A stretch of DNA of 64,000 bases from Armatimonadota bacterium (GCA_041690135.1 JAWLHY010000003.1:608001-672000), one strand, 5' to 3'. Counted from the first letter of the stretch, positions 1 to 10,593 are shown. Made by a program: numbers and translations. The notes: a model not told the origin generated them from the sequence alone.

Positions 1-1316
1 TGCACGTCGGTGCCCGGCATGAACCACCGGTACTTGCCATAGGTGGCGACGATCGGCTGGACTCCGGTCCCGAAGTCCGCTACGTTCGGAAACACGACGG
101 TCCTGGCGGCGCCGACCGGCACGGTGATGCTCTGCGCCTCGGCCGCCCCGACCACGTACACGATGAACACCCCGGCACTGGCGGCGGCAGGAAGAAAGGC
201 CGGCTGGATGTTGCGGAAGGTCACGCTGACCGTCCCCTTGGGGAAACGCTTGAAATCTTCCGGCAGCGGTGGGTTGGTGACCTTTCGCAGGCCCGTGCCG
301 TCCGGTCGGATCGTGTACACGTCCGAGTGATAGAGGGAGGTCGCCGCCGCATGGCCGCTGGTAAACGCCAACTCCTTACCGTCGGGACGCCAGGCGAGAC
401 CGTTGATCCCCAGCGCGGCGGTCGCCGCGGGATGCGTCCAGAGTCGCCGATCGTTGCGACCGTCCGGATCGATAACGCGGATCTCCTTTCCGCCACGGAT
501 ATAGGCGATCTCGCCACCGGCCGGAACGCCGCCTGGCTTCGGCTGGGTGTCCGATTCCGGCCGAGCGTCCGCTTTCGACCGGACTTCCGGTTTCGGCTGG
601 GGGTCCGGCTCACCACGCCGTGGTTCGGGTACCGGCTTCGCAGAGGGCGCAGCCGGAGGGACCGGAGCGGGCCGAGCCGGTGCAGCCGCTACCCGGTCCT
701 CGGACGTCTTGCCGAAGGTGAGATTATCCAGGATGAGGGCGGTCTGGCCTTTTGGGATCCGCAGTTGCACCCGTCGGAGGGGCACCTCGGCCACAAAACC
801 CGCGAAGGCGGCGTGGGGTCGGGGCCGGGAATGAACGGTCAGCGTGAGGCTCTTGCCGTCGTCGGTCTCCACAGAGATATCGATCGAGGAGACCTGGGGC
901 TGCGCGGTCCAGAGATCGACCGCGAAGGCGGTCGTCCCCTCCGGAGGGGTGATGTCGAGGGTAGCATTCCCCGGCTGATTGGATGGCGACCAGCGGAGTG
1001 CAGCCCCCGTCCCGGTACGGTAGAGCGGCTGGTTCTCCACATAGCCACCGTCCGTCACGGTGACGACTCCGGGCCCGAACCGGCCCCCACCCGAGGTACG
1101 GATCCGCACGCTCCGTGTGGCTAACCCCTCCGGATTGCGAAACAGGGCAAATCCGTTCCGGCGGGCAAGCCCTTCGAAATCGATCGTCGTCAGTCCGGGA
1201 GAAGCCGCGACAAAGGCTTCGCGATCGGGAAACTGGCGAAGGCCGTCTGGCTGTCCGGCACCCGAGGCCAGAACCGGGACCGTCAGCGCGAGCAGAAGTA
1301 ACGTCCTGAGGAGCAT
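1..1316 (-). CDS. Secreted protein with Pro-rich linker and TolB/PD40-like beta-propeller repeats (partial, runs off window start)
   Basis: Not in the ORF track because it has no stop in the window. ATG at 1316 follows AGAAAGGAAGG. Hand translation gives MLLRTLLLLALTVPVLA (signal peptide), a Pro-rich linker, then IAYIRGGKEIRVIDPDG..LAWRPDGKELAFTS..DVYTIRPDGTGLRKVT. The frame stays open to position 3. Confidence 0.8.
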   Translation of the reverse strand, partial: MLLRTLLLLALTVPVLASGAGQPDGLRQFPDREAFVAASPGLTTIDFEGLARRNGFALFRNPEGLATRSVRIRTSGGGRFGPGVVTVTDGGYVENQPLYRTGTGAALRWSPSNQPGNATLDITPPEGTTAFAVDLWTAQPQVSSIDISVETDDGKSLTLTVHSRPRPHAAFAGFVAEVPLRRVQLRIPKGQTALILDNLTFGKTSEDRVAAAPARPAPVPPAAPSAKPVPEPRRGEPDPQPKPEVRSKADARPESDTQPKPGGVPAGGEIAYIRGGKEIRVIDPDGRNDRRLWTHPAATAALGINGLAWRPDGKELAFTSGHAAATSLYHSDVYTIRPDGTGLRKVTNPPLPEDFKRFPKGTVSVTFRNIQPAFLPAAASAGVFIVYVVGAAEAQSITVPVGAARTVVFPNVADFGTGVQPIVATYGKYRWFMPGTDV

Positions 1317-1636
1317 CCGGGTCCTTCCTTTCTGGCCCTATCGGGCAACGAAAGGGAACCCCATCGCGGGGTCCCGCGTGGCTCTGCCACGATGATGCTA
1401 TCCGAAGTCGCGGCACCACTGCATGACGGTTGGATTAATAACCGGAGGCGTGAATGCGCTGGACCGTGCCCCTGAAGTGACCAAACATAGCTCTGAAGGG
1501 CAACGGTCGCTCCGTAGTTAACTAGGCTGGTAGTTCTGCCTCCGCATCCACTTCGGTCCGTTATTCAGCCTTCGAAACCAGCGCCTCACTCCCTGCGGGG
1601 GTGCCGGTTCATGGACCCATCTCGAATTAACCCATC

Positions 1637-3646
1637 ATGTTTCGTACCAGCCTGGCCGTGTTACTCCTGGCCGCCACCACGGCGGGCGCCAATGCGCAGG
1701 AGTCCGCGAAGCCGCCTACCCAGGCGGAGGATCTCGGTAGCGCGAGCCTGGAGGACCTTCTTGGTACGGAAGTGACCTCCGTCTCGAAGCGGGAAGAACG
1801 ACTGGCCAACGCGGCGGCGGCCATCTATGTGATCACGCAGGAAGATATCCGTCGTTCCGGCGCGACGACGATCGCCGAAGCTCTCCGGATGGCACCGGGC
1901 CTGAACGTGGCTCGGATCAACGGGCATGACTGGGCGATCTCGTCCCGGGGCTTCAACAGCTTTTTCGCGAACAAACTCCTGGTCCTGATCGATGGCCGGA
2001 GCGTCTACACCCCACTCTTCTCGGGCGTTTTTTGGGACGTTCAGGACACGCTCCTGGAAGACATCTACCGCATCGAAGTAATCCGGGGACCGGGCGCGGC
2101 ACTCTGGGGAGCCAACGCGGTGAACGGGGTGATCAATATCATCACTCACAACGCGAAAGCGACCCAGGGCCTTCTCGCGACAGCCGCCACCGGTACGGAC
2201 GAGCGGTTTCTCGGTGGAGTCCGCTACGGCGATACGGTCGGGAAAACCGCGTACCGGGCCTTCGCCAAGTATTTCGACCGGGACGATCTTTTCGCCCCCG
2301 GGGGCGGAAGCGGCGGGGACGGCTACCGGATAGCGCGGGGCGGCTTCCGCTCGGATACCGACCTCCGCATCGACGAGACCCTCACGGTCACCGGCGAGTT
2401 CTACGACGGCTCCACGACCACCCGGCTGGGAGTGCCGACACCTGCAGCCCCCTTCACCCGTCTGACAGAGGACGATTACCCCCTCTCCGGTGGCCATCTC
2501 CTGGCCCGCTGGAACCGCCGCTCCTCGGCCACGTCGCAGTCGTCGGTGCGCGCCTACTTTGACCGTACCGAGCGAGAGAGCCCGGTTCACCGGGAGGCCC
2601 GGAATACGGTAGACGTGGAGTTCCAGCGGCAGCAAGTGCCCGCTTCCCGGCACGACCTGGTCTGGGGTCTCGGCTACCGGTTCACGCAGGACCGCCTGCA
2701 GAACTCTCCCACCATCCGCTGGGTAGACCGCAGCCGCGGAGACCACCTCTTCAGCGCCTTTGCACAGGACGACATCACGCTCCAGCCGGAGCGCCTGCGT
2801 TTGACGCTGGGAACGCGACTGGAGCACAACGACTACACGGGCTTCGAGATTCAGCCAAACGTTCGGTTCCTCTGGACCCCCACCGAGACCCAGAGTGTCT
2901 GGGGGGCGGCTTCCCGCGCCGTACGCACGCCGTCGCGGTTCGAACATACGGTCCGAGCCGTGTACAGCGCCTTCCCGTTGCCCGGTCCCCCCGGCGTCGG
3001 AGAAGCCCTGGTGGTCGGCACTCCCGACTACGGTTCGGAAGAGTTGATTGCGTACGAGCTGGGGTACCGGACGCAGTTGACGCCGCGGTTCTCCCTCGAT
3101 CTCGCTTCCTTCTACAACGACTACGACGATCTCCGGACCCTGGAACCCGGAAAGCCCTTCTTCGAACCCGGCCCGCCCCCCCGCGCCGTAACTCCCCTGA
3201 TCGCCCGTAATCGCCTTTCCGGACGGACCTACGGGGCGGAGCTTGCGGCTAACTGGAGCGTAACCGACCGGTGGCGGCTCAGCTTTTCCTACTCCGCGCT
3301 ACGGGTGGGTCTCCGACCGGACGCAAACAGCCGGGATCCCCTCGCCCGGGTGCCCGAAGGGGACACGCCGGAACACCAGCTCCACCTGCGCTCCTACCTG
3401 GATCTTTCCTCCAGGCTCAGCTTTGACGTACTCCTCTACCATGTCTCGCGCCTGGAAACCGGCAATATCCCGGCCTATACTCGCGCCGATGCGAGAATCG
3501 GCTGGCGGCCATCCCGGAACATGGAGGTCAGCCTCACCTTCCAGAACCTCTTCGACCGCCGGCATCAGGAGTTTCCCACCACGTTCCTGGTCACGCCGAG
3601 CGAAATTGGCCGGAGCGTGTACGGAAAGCTGACATGGCGCCGCTGA
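1637..3646 (+). CDS. TonB-dependent receptor (plug + beta-barrel)
   Basis: Signal peptide, plug motifs VITQEDIRRSGA..EALRMAPG and IEVIRGPGAALWGANAVNGVINII, C-terminal NLFD..GRSVYGKLTW. Confidence 0.93.
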   Translation: MFRTSLAVLLLAATTAGANAQESAKPPTQAEDLGSASLEDLLGTEVTSVSKREERLANAAAAIYVITQEDIRRSGATTIAEALRMAPGLNVARINGHDWAISSRGFNSFFANKLLVLIDGRSVYTPLFSGVFWDVQDTLLEDIYRIEVIRGPGAALWGANAVNGVINIITHNAKATQGLLATAATGTDERFLGGVRYGDTVGKTAYRAFAKYFDRDDLFAPGGGSGGDGYRIARGGFRSDTDLRIDETLTVTGEFYDGSTTTRLGVPTPAAPFTRLTEDDYPLSGGHLLARWNRRSSATSQSSVRAYFDRTERESPVHREARNTVDVEFQRQQVPASRHDLVWGLGYRFTQDRLQNSPTIRWVDRSRGDHLFSAFAQDDITLQPERLRLTLGTRLEHNDYTGFEIQPNVRFLWTPTETQSVWGAASRAVRTPSRFEHTVRAVYSAFPLPGPPGVGEALVVGTPDYGSEELIAYELGYRTQLTPRFSLDLASFYNDYDDLRTLEPGKPFFEPGPPPRAVTPLIARNRLSGRTYGAELAANWSVTDRWRLSFSYSALRVGLRPDANSRDPLARVPEGDTPEHQLHLRSYLDLSSRLSFDVLLYHVSRLETGNIPAYTRADARIGWRPSRNMEVSLTFQNLFDRRHQEFPTTFLVTPSEIGRSVYGKLTWRR

Positions 3647-4245
3647 ACTCCGGTTTCCGGAGCCGTCCGCAACGCTTCTCATCCGGATCGCTCTCCCGCA
3701 GGCGGCTGCTTGCCGCCTGCACAGCGAGCGTTCTCTTCGTGGGCGGGATTGCAGCCCACCCCCCACAGGCGCGGGCGGATGCACCGACCGAATATCAGAT
3801 CAAGGCGGCTTTCCTGTTCAACTTCGCGAAGTTCGTGGAATGGCCGGAACGCGCCTTTGCCCGCGCCGACAGTCCGATCGTCATCGGCGTGCTGGGCGAC
3901 GATCCCTTCGGTGCCGATCTGGACCGGCTGGTCCGGGGGAAGCGGATTGAGAATCGTGAACTGGTGATCCGCCGGTACCAGGATGTAGACCGGGCCGCCG
4001 GCGCTCATATCTTGTTCATCAGCGCTTCGGAGCAGCGGCGACTGCCCGCTATTCTGGCCGACCTGCGATCCTCTCCGGTGCTCACCGTGGGTGAGGTGCC
4101 CCAGTTCAACCGCCTGGGCGGCATCATCCAGTTCGCCATGGAGAACCGGAAGGTTCTGTTCGATATCAACCCGGGGGCCGCGGAACGAGCGCGATTGCGG
4201 CTCCGCGCGCAGCTACTTCGTCTTGCCCGGAAATCCGAGTCCTGA
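3634..4245 (+). CDS. yfiR: YfiR family (DUF4154) periplasmic protein
   Basis: EYQIKAAFLFNFAKFVEWP and GIIQF..FDIN...A....L....QLLRLA are typical YfiR signatures. Twin-Arg-like SRRRLL signal. Overlaps the receptor stop. Confidence 0.88.
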   Translation: MAPLNSGFRSRPQRFSSGSLSRRRLLAACTASVLFVGGIAAHPPQARADAPTEYQIKAAFLFNFAKFVEWPERAFARADSPIVIGVLGDDPFGADLDRLVRGKRIENRELVIRRYQDVDRAAGAHILFISASEQRRLPAILADLRSSPVLTVGEVPQFNRLGGIIQFAMENRKVLFDINPGAAERARLRLRAQLLRLARKSES

Positions 4246-4248
4246 TCC

Positions 4249-5820
4249 ATGCTCGTAAGGCACCGGTTCATCAACCTATCCATCCGCTGGAAACTGAGCC
4301 TGATCACCACATTGGTCAGCGTGGTGTCGCTGTTTCTCGCGTGCGGCGCGTTTCTCGCCTACGAGATGTTGATGTTCCGCCACACCACGACGGAGAAAGC
4401 GTCCGCGCTGGCTCGCGTCGTCGCAGCGAACTGCCGGGCAGCCCTGACGTTCGACGATCCCCAGGACGCAGCGGACACCCTGGAGTCACTGTCGGCGGAG
4501 CGTCACATCATTTGCGCCGCGCTTTACAGTCAGGACCGTCAGGTATTTGCCACCTATTGCCGCCCGGACCGGGCGAGCGAGGCAGAAGCTCTCATCCCAC
4601 CCGCTCCGGAGCCGGAAGGGATGCTGTTCCGCGGGGCCCACGGGGAGCTTTTCCAGCGCGTGAGCTTTCATGGAGAGGAGTTAGGGACCGTCTACATCCG
4701 CTCGGACCTGGAGGAAATGCACTCCCGGCTACGCCGCTATCTCGGCATCACAGTGCTCGTTCTGCTCGCGTCCGCGGCGGTGGCGCTGGTCCTTTCCACC
4801 CGGCTTCAGCAGGTCATCTCCAAGCCGCTCCTGCAGCTTTCGGACACCGCTCGCCTGGTCTCGGAACAGAAGGACTATTCGGTGCGCGTGGCGCCCTACA
4901 GCCGGGATGAGATCGGCGTGCTGATCGAGGGCTTCAATGAGATGCTGGCGCAAATCCAGGAGCGGGACGCGGCGCTTCTGGAATCTCAGGAGGAACTAGA
5001 GCACCGCGTGGAGCTCCGGACGCAGGAACTACAACAGGAGATCGCCGAGCGGAAACGGGCGCAAGATGAAGTGCACCAGCTCAATGCCCAGTTGGAAGAG
5101 CGCGTGGCGCAGCGGACCGCGGAGCTCGAGGCAGCGAACAAGGAACTCGAAGCGTTCAGCTACTCTATCTCCCATGACCTGAATGCTCCTCTCCGGGCGA
5201 TGGACGGCTATTCCCGCATCATCCTCGAGGAATATGCCGGCGAGATTCCCGAGGAAGGACGGCGCTACCTGGAACTGGTTCGCGCGAACGCCAACCAGAT
5301 GGGAGAGCTGATCCACGATCTCCTGGCTTTCTCACGTCTCAGCCGGCAGCCGCTCCAGAAAGAGGCCGTCGCTCCACGGGTGATCGTGGAAGAGGTGCTC
5401 GCGGAACTGGAGCTCCAGCGGGGGGACCGGAAACTGGTGGTGCAGGTCGGCGAGCTGCCTACCTGCCGGGCCTCTTCAGCGCTCTTGCGCCAGGTGTACG
5501 CGAACCTCCTCGGTAATGCGTTCAAGTACACCCGCGCTCGGGAGGAAGCCGTGATCGAGATCGGCAGCCAGGAGGAAGACGGATCGACGGTCTACTACGT
5601 GAAAGATAACGGGGTGGGGTTCGATATGCGGTACGCGCACAAGTTGTTCGGGGTATTCCAGCGGCTGCACCGCGCGGAGGAATACGAGGGTACGGGGGTA
5701 GGCCTGGCGATCGTCCAGCGAATCGTGCACCGGCATGGCGGCCGGATCTGGGCGGAAGCAGAGCGAAACCGGGGTGCCGCGTTCTACTTTACGCTGGAAG
5801 GGAGCAAGAACCATGTTTGA
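4249..5820 (+). CDS. Membrane sensor histidine kinase (periplasmic CHASE8-like, HAMP, HisKA, HATPase)
   Basis: Two TM segments, HAMP (DEIGVLIEGFNEML), H-box FSYSISHDL, N-box NLLGNAFKY, DNGVGFD, GTGVGLAIV. Confidence 0.93.
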   Translation: MLVRHRFINLSIRWKLSLITTLVSVVSLFLACGAFLAYEMLMFRHTTTEKASALARVVAANCRAALTFDDPQDAADTLESLSAERHIICAALYSQDRQVFATYCRPDRASEAEALIPPAPEPEGMLFRGAHGELFQRVSFHGEELGTVYIRSDLEEMHSRLRRYLGITVLVLLASAAVALVLSTRLQQVISKPLLQLSDTARLVSEQKDYSVRVAPYSRDEIGVLIEGFNEMLAQIQERDAALLESQEELEHRVELRTQELQQEIAERKRAQDEVHQLNAQLEERVAQRTAELEAANKELEAFSYSISHDLNAPLRAMDGYSRIILEEYAGEIPEEGRRYLELVRANANQMGELIHDLLAFSRLSRQPLQKEAVAPRVIVEEVLAELELQRGDRKLVVQVGELPTCRASSALLRQVYANLLGNAFKYTRAREEAVIEIGSQEEDGSTVYYVKDNGVGFDMRYAHKLFGVFQRLHRAEEYEGTGVGLAIVQRIVHRHGGRIWAEAERNRGAAFYFTLEGSKNHV

Positions 5821-6256
5821 CGGTCCGGCGGAGGTCCTCCTGGTAGAGGACAATCCTCACGATCTGGAGCTGACGCTGCACGCCTGGAGAAAAGTGGGAA
5901 GCTCAGCCAGAATCCATGTCGCCCGCGACGGCGCGGAAGCACTCGACTTTCTGTTCGGTGGCGGCGAATCCACCACGACAGGGGGTGATCCCAACCCCCG
6001 GGTGGTTCTTCTGGATCTCAAGCTGCCTCTCATATCCGGATTGGAGGTCCTGCGGACGATCAAGAGCGACGCCCGCACCCGCTCGATTCCGGTTGTGGTG
6101 CTCACTTCCTCGAAAGAGGAGTGCGACATCAGCGAGTGTTACGACCTGGGCGTGAACAGCTACATCGTGAAGCCGGTCCGCTCCGAACAGTTCACGAACG
6201 CCGTCCGCGAGCTGGCTTCCTATTGGCTTGCGCTCAACCAGCCTCCCCAGGCCTGA
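5813..6256 (+). CDS. Single-domain response regulator (Rcp1-like)
   Basis: VLLVEDNPHD, LLDLKLP, VVLTSS, NSYIVKP. ATG 5813 overlaps the kinase end and is preferred to the ORF-track start at 5735. Confidence 0.92.
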   Translation: MFDGPAEVLLVEDNPHDLELTLHAWRKVGSSARIHVARDGAEALDFLFGGGESTTTGGDPNPRVVLLDLKLPLISGLEVLRTIKSDARTRSIPVVVLTSSKEECDISECYDLGVNSYIVKPVRSEQFTNAVRELASYWLALNQPPQA

Positions 6257-6269
6257 CCTCCGGACGACC

Positions 6270-8222
6270 ATGCCTGTTCCTTTACACGTACTCTTCGTCG
6301 AGGACCGCCCCTCGGACGTCGACCTGCTGCTGTTCGAGCTGCGTCGCTCCGGCTACGAGGTTACGTGGCAGCGCGTGGATGAAGAGCCGGATTACCGCGA
6401 GCAGTTGAGGCCGGACCTCGATGTGATCCTGACCGATTACAACCTGCCGCAGTTCGACGCCACGACCGCTCTCCAGATTCTCCACGAGACGGGATTGGAT
6501 ATCCCCTTCATCGTTGTGAGCGCCTCCATCCCCGAGGAGTTCGCGGTGGAAATGATGAAGCAAGGCGCGGCGGACTACCTGCTCAAAGACCGCCTCGGCC
6601 GGTTGGGAGCGGCCATCGACAGCGCGCTGCAGAAGCACCAGGTTCGGGAGGCACGCCGGAAGGCCGAGGAGGCTTTGCGAGAGTCGGAAGCTCGTCATCG
6701 GGCCATTTCAGAGCTTTCTTCGGACTACGCCTATTCTCTCTACATTTCTCCCGACGGCAGTGTGGTCAGCGAGTGGATAACCGATGCCTTCATGCGCATC
6801 ACGGGCTTCACCCTGGACGAGGTTTCAGCTCGCGGAGGGTGGATGAGCCTGGTTCATCCCGCGGACCGCGAACGGCTCGAGTCCCGCTGGCAGGACCTTC
6901 TCGCCGGGTGCTCCACCACAGCGGAGCTGCGGGTCGCCACCCGATCCGGCGGGTTTCGTACTATCCGCGATCGGGCACGCCCGGTCTACGACCCCGCGAC
7001 CGGGCGCGTGCATCGGATCTACGGTGCGGCGGAGGACATCACCCAGCAGCGGCTGCTGGAGGAGCAGCTGCGTCACTCTCAGAAGATGGAAGCGATCGGC
7101 CGGCTGGCCGGGGGAGTCGCCCACGACTTCAACAACACGCTCTCCGTCATTCGGGGCTATACGGAGTTTGCCCTGGAAGATCTGCCTCCGGACACTCCCC
7201 TCCGCGAAGATCTGGAAGAGATTCGTAAAGCCGCCGACCGCGCGAGCAGCCTTACCCGCCAACTGCTCGCCTTCAGTCGCAAGCAAGTACTCGCCCCGCA
7301 TGATGTTTCGATCCGTGAGTTGATCCAGGGAGTCGAAAGGATGACCCGCCGCGTGATCGGCGAGGACATCGAGCTGGAGACCCGGTTCTCGCCGGGCCTG
7401 GACACGGTCTTCATCGACTCGGGACAGATGGAGCAGGTGCTGCTGAACCTCGTGGTGAACGCACGAGACGCAATGCCCGGAGGAGGGCGCCTGACCATTT
7501 CCACCGGGAGTGTCGAGCCCGACGAGTTGTTCATTGCCCGCCACCCCGAGGCGCGTCCGGAGCCTTATGTGGTCGTTGAGGTAAGCGATACCGGCTGCGG
7601 AATGACCCGTGAAGTGCTGCAGCGGGTTTTCGAACCTTTCTTCACCACGAAAGAGGCCGGCAAGGGCACCGGTCTCGGCCTGGCTACTGTCTACGGTACC
7701 ATCCAGCAGAGCGGCGGCTTTATCACGGTCTACAGCGAACCGAACTTGGGAACGACGTTCAAGCTCTATCTCCCCTGCATCACCTCCCGACCGCCGGAAA
7801 CCGGCTCCGCTACCGGCACCAGCGGCGCCGGCCATGCGTCGGAGACGGTCCTTCTGGTGGAAGACGAGGCGGAAGTCCGTAAACTCACGTTCCGTTTGCT
7901 CTCCCGGTATGGCTACCGTATTCTCGAAGCTGCGTCGGCGGAGGAGGCCCTGGCCCTGGCGCGACACCACCGGAACCCGATCCACTTGCTGTTGACCGAC
8001 CTGGTGCTGCCCGGAATGCCCAGTCGCGAGTTGATTGAGGAGCTCCGGCGCATGCATCCCGAGGCCCGGTTGCTCCTGACCTCGGGTTATCCGGATGAGG
8101 TGCTGGTCGGTCGCGGGCTGATTCAGCCGGGCGAGATGCTGCTCCAGAAGCCCTTCACCGCGCAGGACCTTGCCCGCAAGGTACGCGGGGCCCTGGACCG
8201 GATTCCGGACCCACTTCGCTAG
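6270..8222 (+). CDS. Hybrid histidine kinase (REC-PAS-HisKA-HATPase-REC)
   Basis: N-terminal receiver, PAS (VHPADR), QKMEAIGRLAGGVAHDFNN, FEPFFTTKEAGKGTGLGL, C-terminal receiver. Confidence 0.93.
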   Translation: MPVPLHVLFVEDRPSDVDLLLFELRRSGYEVTWQRVDEEPDYREQLRPDLDVILTDYNLPQFDATTALQILHETGLDIPFIVVSASIPEEFAVEMMKQGAADYLLKDRLGRLGAAIDSALQKHQVREARRKAEEALRESEARHRAISELSSDYAYSLYISPDGSVVSEWITDAFMRITGFTLDEVSARGGWMSLVHPADRERLESRWQDLLAGCSTTAELRVATRSGGFRTIRDRARPVYDPATGRVHRIYGAAEDITQQRLLEEQLRHSQKMEAIGRLAGGVAHDFNNTLSVIRGYTEFALEDLPPDTPLREDLEEIRKAADRASSLTRQLLAFSRKQVLAPHDVSIRELIQGVERMTRRVIGEDIELETRFSPGLDTVFIDSGQMEQVLLNLVVNARDAMPGGGRLTISTGSVEPDELFIARHPEARPEPYVVVEVSDTGCGMTREVLQRVFEPFFTTKEAGKGTGLGLATVYGTIQQSGGFITVYSEPNLGTTFKLYLPCITSRPPETGSATGTSGAGHASETVLLVEDEAEVRKLTFRLLSRYGYRILEAASAEEALALARHHRNPIHLLLTDLVLPGMPSRELIEELRRMHPEARLLLTSGYPDEVLVGRGLIQPGEMLLQKPFTAQDLARKVRGALDRIPDPLR

Positions 8223-9205
8223 CGATCCAGCTCCAGGTCCAGAAACGCCTGCCCCACCTGCGGATCGAATTCCGATCCCAGGCCGGCGGCGAGGATGTCT
8301 CGGGCCTGGGAACGTGGCCGCGCCGGACGATAGGCGCGATCCGCGGTCATTGCCTCATAGGCATCGACGACCCGGATGACACGGGAAAGATAGGGAATCC
8401 GGTTGCCGCTGAGGCGATCCGGATATCCCGTGCCGTCTGTGTTTTCGTGATGATGGCGGATAATGGTCGCCACTTCCGAGAGCTGGGCTACTTTCCCGGC
8501 AATCTCGGCGCTCCGAATCGGATGCATCCGCATCAAGGCCCATTCTTCTTCGGTCAGGGGGCCGGCTTTACGGAGGACGTGCTCCGGAACGGCGATCTTT
8601 CCGACGTCGTGGAGAAGCGCAGAGAATTCCAGTACGCGCAGGCGCGCCTCCGGCATCCCCAGTTTGTGCCCAAAGTGGAGCGATATCCGGGTTACCTCGG
8701 CTGAATGACAGGCGGTGTAGGAGTCTTTGGCGTCCACTGCGGCCACCAGGGCTTGAATAGTGCCGTGGAGCATCTCCGTAGTGAGGTCGAGCGTCCGCTG
8801 CCGGTCCCATTCCAGGCGGGCCAGGTTCTGCTCGATCACCCGGTTGAGCTGGGGCATCTCCACCGGTTTGGCGAGGAAGTCGGTCGCACCGGCACCCATG
8901 GCCGAGCGAGCGAGGCTGACCTCGTCGTAGGCGGTGAGCAAGATAAACGGCAAACCTTTCAGGTGCTGGTTGACGAACCCGAGCAGGTCCAGCCCCGTAC
9001 CATCTCCCATCTCATAATCGCAGATCACCAGGCTAAAAGGGCTCGAGGCCAAACGCTCTCGAGCCGCACTGACGCCGGTTGCCGTCTCGGCGTCATATCC
9101 CATCCGGCGCAGCCCCCGGACGAGAAACTTGCGAACCGCTTCATCATCATCCACCACCAGGATCGGCGGCGTGAATGGTACAGAGGTGAGGGGGGATACA
9201 GTCAT
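8219..9205 (-). CDS. Response regulator with HD-GYP domain (putative c-di-GMP phosphodiesterase)
   Basis: Receiver (ILVVDDD), LLHDVGK, HHENTDGTGYP. Confidence 0.92.
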   Translation of the reverse strand: MTVSPLTSVPFTPPILVVDDDEAVRKFLVRGLRRMGYDAETATGVSAARERLASSPFSLVICDYEMGDGTGLDLLGFVNQHLKGLPFILLTAYDEVSLARSAMGAGATDFLAKPVEMPQLNRVIEQNLARLEWDRQRTLDLTTEMLHGTIQALVAAVDAKDSYTACHSAEVTRISLHFGHKLGMPEARLRVLEFSALLHDVGKIAVPEHVLRKAGPLTEEEWALMRMHPIRSAEIAGKVAQLSEVATIIRHHHENTDGTGYPDRLSGNRIPYLSRVIRVVDAYEAMTADRAYRPARPRSQARDILAAGLGSEFDPQVGQAFLDLELDR

Positions 9206-9405
9206 TCATCACCATTTCAGGGTTCGGGATCCGCGCGACGACGCTCCCTTCCTGTATACCGAACCGGCTCCCCTCTTAGCACACCGGTCTCTCCGCGGCA
9301 GCCGCCTTCCCAGTGGGAACGCCATCCCGGCAACCCTTCGCTTGGGGTAGACTCGCGTCGCGCCTCCCGAAGGTTACCGGGGCGGTCGGGGCAAATCATG
9401 GTCTC

Positions 9406-10593
9406 ATGTTCACCATGCTCCGCGCCTGCACTGCCGCCGTCCTCCTGTTCGGAACCAGCGCGCTCCTCGCGAGTTGCGGCGAGCCACCCGTTGCCCGAGC
9501 CGCCACGGAGCGCGTGGAGCTGGTTCGGGTCCCGGACGGCGGCATCCAGCCGCAGGCGGTTGCCGATGAGCGCGGTACGGCGCACGTGGTTTATCTGAAG
9601 GGGGATCCCGGCGCCTGCGACGTGTTTTACACCCGGCGCACCGGGGCGAGTTGGTCTGTCCCCCTGCGCGTGAACCGCCGCCCGGGGAGCGCGGTGGCGA
9701 TGGGCACGATCCGAGGTCCGCAACTCGCCCTGGGCAAGAACGGCAGCGTCCACGTCGTCTGGTTTGGCTCCCGCCAATCCGGGCTGCAGGGTCCGGAAGG
9801 CAGTGCGCCCCTCCTCTACGCTCGGCTTTCTGAAGGCGGCGGGGCCTTCGAGCCGGAGCGGAACCTGATGCAGGCCAGCACCGCCCTCGACGGTGGTCCG
9901 GGGGTGGCGGCCGACGTCATGGGGAACGTTTATGTTGCCTGGCAGGCCGCCGCGCGCAAGGGCGAGGGCGAAGAAAACCGGCGCCTCTGGATCGCCCGCT
10001 CTACTGATGACGGCAAGAGCTTTTCCCAGGAGACCCCCGCGGGCACCGAGCCGACCGGCGCCTGTCCCTGCTGCAGCACAGAGGTCTTTGCCGACCGCAA
10101 GGGCCATTTATATACCCTCTACCGGATGGCCGCGAACCGGACGGAGCGGGATATGGTGCTCGTGACCTCCGCGAACCAGGGCCGCACCTTCCAGACCACG
10201 CGGATCGATCCGTGGCCGGTGGATTCCTGACCGATGAGCAGCGAGGCCCTCGTCGAGGGCCCGAACGGCGTGTCGGCTGCCTGGGAAACGCAGGGGCAGG
10301 TGAAGTTCGCCCGGGTGGAGCCCGGCGCGGCAAAACTCTCCACCCCCACCGCGGCACCAGGGACCGGCCGAAACCGGAAGCACCCGGTGCTCGCGGTGAA
10401 CGCAAAGGGAGAGACCCTGCTGGCCTGGACGGAGGGAACCGGCTGGAACCGCGGCGGCGCCCTGGCGTGGCAGCTATTCGACGCTGCGGGCCGTCCGCTG
10501 CCGGAGAAGGGCCGCATCGAGGGCGGCATCCCGGTGTGGGGCCTCGCCGCGACGGTGACCCGGCCGGATGGCGGCTTTCTGCTCATCCATTAA
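9406..10593 (+). CDS. BNR/sialidase-like lipoprotein, probable selenoprotein (in-frame TGA 10228-10230)
   Basis: ORFs 9313..10230 and 10234..10593 share a frame and are separated only by TGA-CCG, reading WPVDS-U-PMSS. Lipobox LLASC, Asp-box STDDGKSF and SANQGRTF, GACPCC motif, hairpin just 3' of the TGA. Confidence 0.82.
10245..10261 (+). promoter_or_regulatory. Putative bacterial SECIS element
   Basis: GGCCCTC-GTC-GAGGGCC perfect 7-bp stem. The G-initial loop starts 21 nt after the TGA and has the same GTC sequence as the fdh SECIS. Confidence 0.7.
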
